Shown here piece after piece: positions 10,015 through 19,600 of a stretch of 32,000 bases of DNA. Under the pieces are notes generated by a model. The model was given only the letters and a program-made list of their open reading frames with translations. It made no database searches and had not been told where the DNA came from. Origin of the DNA: an uncultured Pseudomonadales bacterium (GTDB lineage Bacteria; Pseudomonadota; Gammaproteobacteria; Pseudomonadales; Azotimanducaceae); NCBI GenBank assembly GCA_958296165.1, contig OY282447.1:3601154-3633153 (forward strand), given 5' to 3'. Position numbers and translations under genes: made by a program. How positions within the stretch are numbered: the stretch's first letter is position 1; every line of letters begins with the position of its first letter.

Positions 10015-10330
10015 TTCCTATCGCCCACCAACGTCGTCCGTGTTTATCGCTCGTCGTGTCTTGCGCGGCGTCACGTAGCCTCCTCGAGCAAGAACATAGC
10101 GGACGGTCGCAACATATCGTCTAAGGCGTAGGATACCAGTGCGAGGTGCCTCCTTATTCGAGGCTCGGGGCTCCGCACCCGATCGCGTTGGCAAGTAAAT
10201 GTCCTCTAACCGTAGTGCTAGGTGCTCCGAGTGGGAAGAGTAAATGTCCGTTGGCTCGTACAGTAGGGCGTCTGCGCCCGGTCACGAGCGTTGGGCACCG
10301 TAGCACCAATGCTGCATTCAGGGCTCCTTG

Positions 10331-12307
10331 ATGCCTGCCGCTAGTTGGCAAGACGCCATCCTCAGCGAGTTCACGCCCGGCGTCTCGCCGCTCACCGTAG
10401 TGGCAGACCCGGATGGCCTGCTGCAAGATGACGAAATCCTTGCCACTCTACAGAAACGCGGGTTCTCCCTCCTCCGGTTCGAGGACCCCATCGCCTTCCG
10501 CTATGCCTACGAGTCGCGCTACCGCCGGCGTGAAGCACAGGCGGATGCGGAGGGCCTTGTCGTCTTGGTGCCGGCACCACCAGCCGAACTGGACAACCTG
10601 CCCCACGACATCCTCACCCGCAGCCGGCGCCTAGCGTTCAGCCTTGCCGAGCTGTTCCCCAGCCTGAACCAAGCCGTGGTGTCGGCGCTGGAACCGGCGG
10701 ATCGTGCCGCGCTCTACGAGGCGGCGTCCCTCCAGCAGCCAGCGGCCTTGGGGGAGAAGGCCAGCAAGGATTTCGTGCTGCATCACGTCTTCGGCGTCGT
10801 CCCGGACCTGTTGCGAACGCCGGCTGCGCTGCTGTCCGTGCTTCTTCGCCGGCACTATGCCGGTCGGCGCGTTCCACCGGCGTTGGATGCGCGGTTCATC
10901 GAAGCGATCAAGGAGCGTTTCCAACATTGGCCGCTTGGCCGCATCGTGCCGGATCGGGAAGCGTTCTTCGATTTTCTGCAGCAGCGTTGGCGGATGTTTC
11001 TGGATGCGAGAGCGGAAGGCACAGGGGCCGTTAGGGAGGGCACCGATGCCCTCGCTAGCGTGCTGCCTTTCGATCATAAGGATGTGCGCGTTTACATAGA
11101 CAACCTGTTCGCGGAAGGTCTTCTGCACCCCATCTCCCACTGGCAGGCGGCCACGCTGAGCAAAACGTGGCTTGGCGTCGGCGTTCAGTGGGATGCTCGG
11201 CAAGATGCCGCCGCCCGGCTGGATCGGCTGCTCGCCATCGCTGCGGAGTCGCTGCCGGAACAGGAAGCCCGGCATCAGGATTGGTTTCGATTCGCCAAAG
11301 TGTGGGCTAGGGTCGCAGCACTCACGCAAGAGCCCGACGGCAAGCCAAACGAGAAACAACAGCAAGCAGTAGACGGCTTGCGAACGCGCATGGACGCAGC
11401 GTTCAACCGCTGGGTGGCAAGCCGCTACGCGAGCCTCGCCAGCTTGCCGCCGAACCCGCCGGTGATGCTGCACCACGTCCCGCGCTTCCTCGCACGGGAG
11501 ATCGGCGACGACACAACGACGAAAGCCGCACTGGTGGTTGTGGACGGGCTGGCTCTGGATCAATGGGCTGTCATGCGGCAGCAACTCGCCCAACAGCGCC
11601 CCGGCTGGCGGTTTCGGGAAGACGCCGCGTTCGCTTGGGTGCCCACGATCACGTCCGTTTCCCGCCAAGCCATCTTCGCCGGCAGCCCGCCGTTCTACTT
11701 TCCGAACAGCATCCACGCCACGCACAAAGAGGACATGCTGTGGCGAAGGTTCTGGACGGATCAGGGAATACAAGGCGCCGTCTACGCGAGAAGCCTCGGC
11801 GATGGCCCTTTCGAGGACGTGGCCGCGCTCGTTGACCAGCCCAACGTTCGTGTGGCCGGCTTGGTGGTAGACAAGGTGGATCGCATCATGCACGGCATGA
11901 CGCTTGGCACAGCAGGCATGCACAATCAAGTGCGGCAATGGGCGTCGCAAGGGCATTTCGCGGCACTGCTAGACCTGCTGTTCGCGCATGGGTTCCGCGT
12001 CTACATCACGTCGGACCACGGCAACGTTGAGGCCGCAGGTTGTGGACGGCCAAACGAAGGTGCGGTGGCGGACGTGCGCGGCGAACGGGTGCGCGTGTAC
12101 TCCGAAGAAGGCTTGCGCCGCAGCGTTGCCGATCGCTTCGCCGGTGCGTGGTCGTGGCCGGCGGAAGGTTTGCCAGCAGGCCATCTGCCCCTGCTCGCGC
12201 CCGGCCGCAAGGCATTCGTGCGCGAAGGTGAAAGGGTGGTGGCGCATGGGGGCGTGTGCATTGAGGAACTCATCGTGCCGTTCGTGCAGGTGGTTGCGGG
12301 CATATGA
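10331..12307 (+). CDS. pglZ: PglZ-domain alkaline-phosphatase-superfamily protein (BREX)
   Basis: ALVVVDGLALDQW, VPTITSVSRQAIFAGSPP and ITSDHGNVEA are PglZ/alkaline-phosphatase core motifs. About 658 aa. ATG 10331 is preferred over the TTG at 10328. Confidence 0.85.
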   Translation: MPAASWQDAILSEFTPGVSPLTVVADPDGLLQDDEILATLQKRGFSLLRFEDPIAFRYAYESRYRRREAQADAEGLVVLVPAPPAELDNLPHDILTRSRRLAFSLAELFPSLNQAVVSALEPADRAALYEAASLQQPAALGEKASKDFVLHHVFGVVPDLLRTPAALLSVLLRRHYAGRRVPPALDARFIEAIKERFQHWPLGRIVPDREAFFDFLQQRWRMFLDARAEGTGAVREGTDALASVLPFDHKDVRVYIDNLFAEGLLHPISHWQAATLSKTWLGVGVQWDARQDAAARLDRLLAIAAESLPEQEARHQDWFRFAKVWARVAALTQEPDGKPNEKQQQAVDGLRTRMDAAFNRWVASRYASLASLPPNPPVMLHHVPRFLAREIGDDTTTKAALVVVDGLALDQWAVMRQQLAQQRPGWRFREDAAFAWVPTITSVSRQAIFAGSPPFYFPNSIHATHKEDMLWRRFWTDQGIQGAVYARSLGDGPFEDVAALVDQPNVRVAGLVVDKVDRIMHGMTLGTAGMHNQVRQWASQGHFAALLDLLFAHGFRVYITSDHGNVEAAGCGRPNEGAVADVRGERVRVYSEEGLRRSVADRFAGAWSWPAEGLPAGHLPLLAPGRKAFVREGERVVAHGGVCIEELIVPFVQVVAGI

Positions 12308-13053
12308 ACGAGAGAGCCAGCCAAGTCGGCGTCAGCCAGCGCCTCCGCTTGGAGTGGCTGGAAGCCACCGCCAACCTGATGCTGGCTGGCAATGACGTCG
12401 CCGTCATTCGAGACGCTCTGGACGACATGCTGGCAAGCAAGCTTTCCGTCGGGAGCGGCAGCGAGCGAGGCAGCCGGCAGAAGACGATCACCATCTTGAC
12501 GAAGATTTGGCGCAACGTGCCGCCGGACGTTAAACCGTTGCGCAACGATGCGTTGCAGATGCTGCCGGCGTTGAACCTGAACCATCGCCACGCCGTTCAT
12601 TGGGGCATGACGCTGGCCGTCTACCCGTTCTGGGGCATGGTGGCCGCTCACACTGGCGGATTGCTGCGCTTGCAGGGCACCGCTGCCGCAGCCCAGGTTC
12701 AGCGCCGCATCCGAGAACAATACGGCGAGCGGCAGACGGTCTCCCGAGCCGCAGCGCGCGTCTTGCGATCGTTCATCGACTGGGGCGTGTTGGCGGACGC
12801 GGACGGGAAGGGGCTCTATGTACGAGGGAGGCAACGTGAACTGGGAGATGCGAGAGTTGCTGCTTGGTTGGCGGAGGCCATGCTGCGCTCGGGGCCGCTA
12901 GTGCGCGGCTCAGCCAGCCCCCTACGCCACCCCACGTTGTTCCCGTATCGCCTGCCGCACTTGGCCGCCTCGCAGTTGGCCACGCACTCTTGCCGCCTTG
13001 ATGTGCTGCGCCAAGGGCTGGACGAAGAAGTGCTGATGTTGCGGCGCAAATAG
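12304..13053 (+). CDS. Small BREX accessory protein in the BrxA position (BrxA/BrxE-like, name uncertain)
   Basis: 249-aa ORF. Its ATG 12304 overlaps the pglZ stop (ATGA), so it is translationally coupled. The terminal position matches brxA of type 3 BREX. No motif I can verify by eye. Confidence 0.55.
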   Translation: MNERASQVGVSQRLRLEWLEATANLMLAGNDVAVIRDALDDMLASKLSVGSGSERGSRQKTITILTKIWRNVPPDVKPLRNDALQMLPALNLNHRHAVHWGMTLAVYPFWGMVAAHTGGLLRLQGTAAAAQVQRRIREQYGERQTVSRAAARVLRSFIDWGVLADADGKGLYVRGRQRELGDARVAAWLAEAMLRSGPLVRGSASPLRHPTLFPYRLPHLAASQLATHSCRLDVLRQGLDEEVLMLRRK

Positions 13054-13313
13054 CCCGTTGCCTGATCTGCGCGTTCACCGACGTGCATGAACGGGAAGGC
13101 GGAAGCTCGGTACTCGAACAGCGGTTTCCGCAGCCGCTACGGTTAGTCGTCCGCCGGCGGCAGATGAACGTGGAGCAATCACAGGCCGTGACTTACCACA
13201 AGGAGTACCGATGGTCCCACTGTCGTCTTGATGGGATGGTCCGCCCCGCTTCATTCGCGCGGGCCTCGGAGGCCAGAATAACGTGGGTTTCCCATCAACC
13301 AACGGAGCGAACC

Positions 13314-13531
13314 ATGAACGAGATTAAACGGATCGGCATGGATCTGGGCAAGCGGGTCTTCCACGTCACGGCGGCGGACGCGAAGGGCAGGATCGTCGAG
13401 CGCAAGCGGCTGCGGCGCGCGGGGCTGCAGTCCTATCTGGCGAAGCTGCCGGTGGGCTGCGAGGTGGCGATGGAGGCGTGCGGGAGCGCGCATCAACGGT
13501 GCCGCCTAGCGTCGCGGCTGGGCACGAAGTA
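13314..13531 (+). mobile_element. IS110-family transposase gene, N-terminal fragment only
   Basis: GGAG at 13304-13307, then MNEIKRIGMDLGKRVFHVTAADAKGRIVERKRLRRAGLQSYLAKLPVGCEVAMEACGSAH..RLASRLG. HEV follows after a 1-nt frameshift (ctgggcacgaagta would need one extra c). IS110-like sequence ends at 13531. Confidence 0.75.
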
Positions 13532-13693
13532 GGCGAGCTTGCCTGTCGGCGCTATCCCGGTGGGCATTTGATCGCGCACGATGACGAGCATCAGCAGGAG
13601 GCGCTGGAAGAGACCCGGCAGGTCATCGATGCGGGCACCGAAGTCGACGTCGCGGGCTACCGCGACAAAGTACACCCGCTGCAAGCGCCGTAG
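13532..13693 (+). pseudogene. Fragment resembling the N-terminal region of a DUF2779 (Cas4-like PD-(D/E)XK) protein
   Basis: GELACRRYPGGHLIAHDDEHQQEALEETRQVIDAGTEV resembles the remembered DUF2779 pattern VGELAxxxFPGGxxI...EEALxxTxxLL. It lacks its own start and decays after about 55 codons. Confidence 0.3.
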
Positions 13694-14296
13694 CCCGTGC
13701 CCGCCATCCCGCCATCGCCAAGCGAGTTCGGGTTGAACCCGGCTGCGCCGTGCAACTCGATGCGCTGCCGACGCTGCCCGAACTCGCCGCCTTGCGGCGC
13801 CGCAAACTGCGCGACCTGCTGACGCGGCGTGCCCGATGGCGCGGTCGAGCCGGGCATCGTCCCATTCCAACCCGGCGAAGCGGACGATCGCAACCGCCCG
13901 CCAGCGTCGCACTTCCTCATCCGGTCAATCCCCTCTTCCTGGTTGTTTGTCAGGGTCTGTTTTCGTGTCGCATGGGGGTCAGTTTTGCATGTCGCCTAAC
14001 AAAGCGGCGCCGAAACTCGCCGGTGATGCGTCCGTCGACGTCGTGCCTGACGCCGGTCATCCGCCGCATCTTCGGCGCCCGGCTCGTGACGGGACCGACA
14101 GCGACCGAACAGTTCGATTGGGTACTACCACGCAAAAAATCAGCCGGCGCGATCTGGCCGAGATAGACCTATGCCCAACACGATGACAGCTATCGGCGCG
14201 TGGAGGTCGCACACAGTGTGACGGTCGCCGGAGCGGCAACTATGATAGGTTAGTCATCAAGGTAGGGGATGCGGTCCACGAGGATCGTGAGCGAGC

Positions 14297-16600
14297 ATGC
14301 TGGACAGGCTTGTCCATTCGATTAGGCGCATCGTGTGTCGGCTGTGGCATACGGTGAAGCCCTCAGCTCCGGCACCTACCGCTTCCGTGTCCCTTACGCC
14401 GCGATCTGACATGCCGGCGACCACCGCGGCTACCGAAGTCACGACAGACAGTGACGAGGCGACCCCACCGGCCCGAACCCAACCAGATCAAGGAAACGCC
14501 CTGCGTGAAACGCATGAGCAACCCGACCATGTCCGGCCGGCTGCGATTTCGGGTGGGGGCGCGCTCCTATTGGCAGAAGACGCACTTGGGACGTCGGATT
14601 CGCATCCCGCCAGTCCCGTCCAAGCTCCCCCGGGCCATACTAGTCACGTCGATAGCTTATCACGGCCGACCCCCGCTGACCGGGCGAAGAATCTTGAACC
14701 TGTCCAGAACGACATCTCGGACGAGCGGTCTGAACGCTCGCACGGACAACCGAAGCGGCGACTCAAACCCGTTGAGATGGGAGGTCAGCGGGCAGAGAGA
14801 ACGGACGGCCAAGCACCAACTCGGCGAGAACCGCAGGCCGCCCGCGCGGAGCTAACTTGCCGCAAGAACGCCGAGCTCCACCAATGGGAGCTCGTTCTAT
14901 CTGTTGGTGGTGAAAGCAGCGTTAAGGACGTACAGCACGATGGGAGGACGTTGGACTTGGCGACCGGAGAACACGCCCTCTCATCTTTCTGCAGCAATGT
15001 CACGGTCGTTTTCGCCAGCGGCGAGCGGAAGGAGATTACGTTAGAGGACAAAGGCGAACCACTCGTTTTCAAGCTGAAGAATTGGAAAGGAGACGGTCGA
15101 AAAGTCAAAGGTATCGGTGTGGGGCACTATATCGTCATCGCACCAAGGGCTTACAAGCGCACCGGGCGTGTGCCTGTCGAACAAGAGGCTTGCACAGATC
15201 CAAACTTCACCGCCCACTACTTCCTCAGCGACGGAAAGTCGCCGCACGAAATCGGTGGCTTTCGAGAGCGTGACGTGCCATCGACGCAGTCCGTCATTGA
15301 ACTGACGGGCAAGATCGCGTTCGATGACTCAGAACACGGCGATCTGTTTGTCGGTGATGCTCCAAGCCTGATGCACTCGAACGGCATTGTCTGGGCGCGG
15401 GTTGGCGAGGAGGGCGGTTGGAGGGGCGAGAGCTTCAAGACGAACAAGCGCGATGTCGGCACGGTTCTGGGTAGCCGCCAAGGACGGTTTTTTGTCCGTG
15501 TATACGATGCTGACATGGAACTGCTGGACAGCGACCAGTTCAGATATCTGCGTGATCTCGAGGAGATTCTCGTGAATGGAAAGCCATACTCCGAAGACCT
15601 ATTGCTCGTTCCTACAACTGCTGGACATCTGCCGACCGAGGTGCGATTCATCGGTGTCGACGGTGCCAACGTTCATCCAGTATTGTCGCCTGAAGCCAAA
15701 CGAACGAACGTTAGAGGTACGAGTGTTCTGGCCGATCCCCATCCGGATGCCGATCGCATATCATGTAAAATAGAGGCCGACACGGGTAGCGTCGACGTTG
15801 TATTGGCTCTACCACGCGTTTGGTGGCACATTGCACAAGAAGACATGGATGCCTTCGAGTGGAGCGATGTGCCGACTGTCATGACGCGCCAGGAGTTCTG
15901 CAATCGCGGTTACGACGGCGTAGCCATGCGACTGCGAGCTCCACGCCGAATCAAGTCGGTACGCGTCGGCTTCGACGACCAACATGATCGCAGCTATCCC
16001 TTGAAACTCGGGGAGATAAACGGTCTGATTCCACTGCTCGACTTTGTCAACTACCCGCAGATCGATCAACGTCTGAGTGAGGATGCATCACTCGACATTG
16101 AGTGCGATGGAGTCACAGCGACCGTCATCCGCATTGCCGCCGACCCTATACCTGCTATCACTTCCTTCGTGTGCGAACCCGCAAAGACCGTCGCTGGGGA
16201 GCCAACCACATTGCGTTGGGAGGCCCGTAACGCCAGTGAGGCCAGAGTTGTCATCAACCGCAGTCCCCAAGTCGGTACTCTTGAATCGAACGGGAGCCTA
16301 GAAGTTCGACCGTTGAAGACCACGACCTACACGCTGGCACTCATCGTGCCCGGCGTCCCCGACGTGACGAAGGCCGTCACGGCGACGGTGTTGTCTTTGG
16401 TCGAGACCGAGAGCCGATACGCTCGCGTAAAGTGCCTCGGTGGATGGAGGCGCGGCAAAGGATTCAGCCGCCGCGAACTTGAGGCAGCTGGCTTGACGAC
16501 CGCCGATGCCAACCGTCGGTCGATCTTCATTGACGGACGGCGTAGAAGCATGCATCGGGAAAATGTCGAGACCATCGGGAGGAGGTCGGTCAATGGCTGA
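14297..16600 (+). CDS. Unknown 767-aa partner of the DUF1998 helicase (disordered N-terminus, beta-rich core, Ig-like module, eL13-like basic tail)
   Basis: Single long ORF whose stop overlaps the helicase start (ATGGCTGA). The first ~190 aa are Pro/Thr/Asp/Arg-rich, and an alternative start exists at ATG 14777. The Ig-like stretch is ITSFVCEPAKTVAGEPTTLRWEARNASEARVV..TTTYTLALI. The tail is GKGFSRRELEAAGL..IFIDGRRRSMHRENVETI. Confidence 0.7.
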   Translation: MLDRLVHSIRRIVCRLWHTVKPSAPAPTASVSLTPRSDMPATTAATEVTTDSDEATPPARTQPDQGNALRETHEQPDHVRPAAISGGGALLLAEDALGTSDSHPASPVQAPPGHTSHVDSLSRPTPADRAKNLEPVQNDISDERSERSHGQPKRRLKPVEMGGQRAERTDGQAPTRREPQAARAELTCRKNAELHQWELVLSVGGESSVKDVQHDGRTLDLATGEHALSSFCSNVTVVFASGERKEITLEDKGEPLVFKLKNWKGDGRKVKGIGVGHYIVIAPRAYKRTGRVPVEQEACTDPNFTAHYFLSDGKSPHEIGGFRERDVPSTQSVIELTGKIAFDDSEHGDLFVGDAPSLMHSNGIVWARVGEEGGWRGESFKTNKRDVGTVLGSRQGRFFVRVYDADMELLDSDQFRYLRDLEEILVNGKPYSEDLLLVPTTAGHLPTEVRFIGVDGANVHPVLSPEAKRTNVRGTSVLADPHPDADRISCKIEADTGSVDVVLALPRVWWHIAQEDMDAFEWSDVPTVMTRQEFCNRGYDGVAMRLRAPRRIKSVRVGFDDQHDRSYPLKLGEINGLIPLLDFVNYPQIDQRLSEDASLDIECDGVTATVIRIAADPIPAITSFVCEPAKTVAGEPTTLRWEARNASEARVVINRSPQVGTLESNGSLEVRPLKTTTYTLALIVPGVPDVTKAVTATVLSLVETESRYARVKCLGGWRRGKGFSRRELEAAGLTTADANRRSIFIDGRRRSMHRENVETIGRRSVNG
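16577..16585 (+). promoter_or_regulatory. Shine-Dalgarno sequence for the helicase gene
   Basis: GGGAGGAGG lies 7 nt upstream of ATG 16593, inside the 3' end of the upstream ORF. Confidence 0.6.
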
Positions 16601-19600
16601 CACGGAAGACATATGGCGTTGGCCGGAAATGGTTCGTCAACGCTACGAGAACTATCTGAGAACTTCGTTCTTCTTTAGGGACCCGCAGCTAAGGGCGTCT
16701 TTTCAGACGGCACTACAAGAAGACGGTAGCCTTCTCAAGGGGCCGTTTACTGAAGTGTCCGGAGGCTTCGAGACTGGCACAGATACGCGGGCGTTGGCCG
16801 AAGAATGCTTTCCATGCAAGAGCGCGAGTCTTGTTCCGGCGCTGATTAGTGGCCCGCTATATGTGCATCAAGAACGAGCCGTGCGCTCGACATATATCGA
16901 CGAACAGAACATTGTCGTCGCGACCGGCACTGCTAGCGGTAAGACGGAGAGTTTCCTCTATCCAATCCTGTACGAGTTGTATCGCGAGCACCTCGCAGGA
17001 GAACTCGATGAACCGGGTGTGCGGGCAATGATCTTGTACCCGATGAACGCGCTGGCGAACGATCAGAGGGAGCGCCTAGGCGAGATATGCGGCGAGTTGC
17101 GCGCCGCTGGATCGGGATTCAAGCCGACGTTCGGCCAATATATCGGACAGACGCCCTATAACGCTAAGGACAGCTGGCGTAACGCCGCAGCACGAGAGGA
17201 AGAACGCTTAGCCGGAGAACTCGTCTTCCGGGACGAGATGCGAAATGCACCTCCTCACATCTTGATGACGAATTATTCGATGCTGGAGTACCTCCTCATC
17301 CGCCCAGACGACAGCCCTCTGTTCGACGGTAGTCGAGGTGCCCGGTGGAAGTTCATCGTGCTTGACGAGGCGCACCAGTATCGCGGTGCCAAAGGCATGG
17401 AAATGGGCATGCTGATTAGGCGGCTAAAGCAGCGGCTCCGAGACGGCGGCCGGCGCGAACCGTTCCGCTGCATCGCGACCAGCGCAACCCTCTCCTCCGG
17501 CGAAAGCGAGAAGGACAAGCAAGTCGTAGCCGAGTTTGCGAACGAGCTCTTCGGAGAGTCATTTTCGGCATCGGGCGTCATTTTCGGCAAGCCACAGCGG
17601 ACAGTGGCCGATGGACGTCCGCGCCGCTACCATGCCTTCCTGCGTGCCTTGGAGGGGGCGTTTCTCGTCCACAGAGGAGGCGTAGATGCCGTCGTGCTCA
17701 ACCGTCGAGGCGGAAGCGACGAAGGGTCCGGAGACCCGTTGGAGGTCGCACTCTGCCGCGAATGCGGCCAGCACTACTACGTTGGCCGAGAGCGGGGCGG
17801 AAAGCTAAAGGAGGCCGTTCGAGATCCCAGCCAGCCTGACTTCGGCGTGACCTATTACCTACCTACGGAGGAGGGCGGCGAGCAGCTATGCAGGTGCTGC
17901 GGCGCGCTGTCGAAGTCTAAACCCGGCTGCGACTGCGGAGCGACGGTTCGCGTGAAGAAATGCCAGTCCCGAGATGGTCAACCCGATCAGTTGAAGCAAT
18001 GCGAAGCGTGTGGCTATCAACGTGGCGGCATCGGCGACCCGGTGCAGGAGATAGTGCATGGTTCGGACGGACCCAATAGCGTCATTGCGACGGCGCTGCA
18101 CGAACTGTTGCCGGAAGGCAGGCGCAAAGTGCTGGCGTTTGCCGACAGCCGTCAAGAGGCCGCGTTCTTCGCATGGTATGCCGAGGACTCGTACGAGAAG
18201 CTGCGTGACCGAAATCTCATGCTGCGCGCCATCAGATCTGAAGAGGTCGATCCTGAAGGCCTGTCCGTAGATGACCTCAGAAACCGGCTGCGTAAGCAGT
18301 GGCAGGAGGCCGGCCTGTTTAGCGGCGCTGACACCGGTGAACAGCAGAACCGAAAGGTGATGACGTCGATCCTTCGAGAGGCGCTGACTGAAGAAAAGAG
18401 ACTCTCCTTGAGCGGTGTGGGCTTGATCAAGTGGTCCGTGCGGATCCCAGCACATTTGAGCTTGCCGGAGACGATGCGACAGCCGCCATGGAACTTCACG
18501 GATGGTGAGGCGCGCCGCCTTGCTGAATATCTCCTCGACGAGTTGCGGCCCCGCCGGGCAATGAGCCTTCCTAGCGACGCAGGAACACCCAGTTGGGACG
18601 ACATAGCCGCACGGCCTCAGCAGGCGTGCAGTGTCGGCGCGCCAAAGGGCGTTCGGAAGGTCTTCCAGTGGGGAGCCCCCCAATCGGCGGTCGTGAAGCA
18701 TTTTCTACGCCGATTGCTCGCGGACACGGATCTGCCGGATAAACAGAAGCAGGAGATGTCGACGAAACTCATGAAGGATGTTTGGCGCATGTTGACTAGT
18801 GCCGAAGAGCCGATCCTCAAGCGTGTAACTGCGAGCACATTTCGACTCGATCCGCGCTGGCTGCGGATTGAACTTGCCGCACACGACGAGATCTGGGAGT
18901 GCGACACCTGCGCGACTTTGAGCAACCACAACATCCGTGGCGTCTGCCCTCGGTATCGGTGCCCAGGAACCTTGTCAGCCGCGGGTCAGGCGCATCTCAA
19001 TACGAACCACTATCGAATCCTCTACGAGAGCGCTAAGCTGCCGCCTGAGCTGCGTGCGGAAGAACACACGGCACAGATCGAAAGCGACGAAGCACGCCAA
19101 AGACAGGACAGGTTCAAGACAGGACGCGTCCACCTTCTGAGCTCCTCCACTACGTTCGAGGTCGGCGTCGATCTCGGTAATCTGGAAGCTGTGTTTCTCC
19201 GCAACGTACCACCCGAGCCGTTCAACTACGCGCAGCGAGTTGGGCGAGCGGGTCGACGAGGGACTCCGGGGTTGGCGCTGACCTATTGTCGCCGCAACCC
19301 GCATGATCTCTATCATTACGAGGATCCGGTCGACCGCGTGATTGGAGGCGCGGTGCATCCTCCGCGCCTGCGGATGACTAACGATAAGATCATTCTACGG
19401 CACATGGTTGCCACCACTTTGGCGATGTTCTTCCGGGAGAATGGCGAACGCTTTAACAACGTGGAGAACTTCGTCGGAGACTGGTCAACTCCCCACGCGG
19501 CAGACGACGTCAGGACGTTCTGCCAAGGCAATAGATCGTTGGCGGACTCGTTTCGCCAGACCGTTCCCGAGAATATGCATCGCCGGGTGGGCCTCGGGAA

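Noticed and set aside
10631-11956. 441-aa minus-strand ORF, together with 12001-12834 (277 aa), antisense to pglZ and the BrxA-like gene
   Set aside because: Arg/Pro/Gly/His-rich with no motifs, and fully antisense to ORFs that carry clear PglZ motifs. This is a typical shadow ORF of high-GC DNA.
14010-14080. Very short alpha/beta-hydrolase-like tail (GDASVDVVPDAGHPPHL). A transposase-like tail at about 31590-31700 (LHFIHESLDITPAMEAGI) was considered in the same way.
   Set aside because: Each is a single short motif with no surrounding ORF support, which is too little to annotate.
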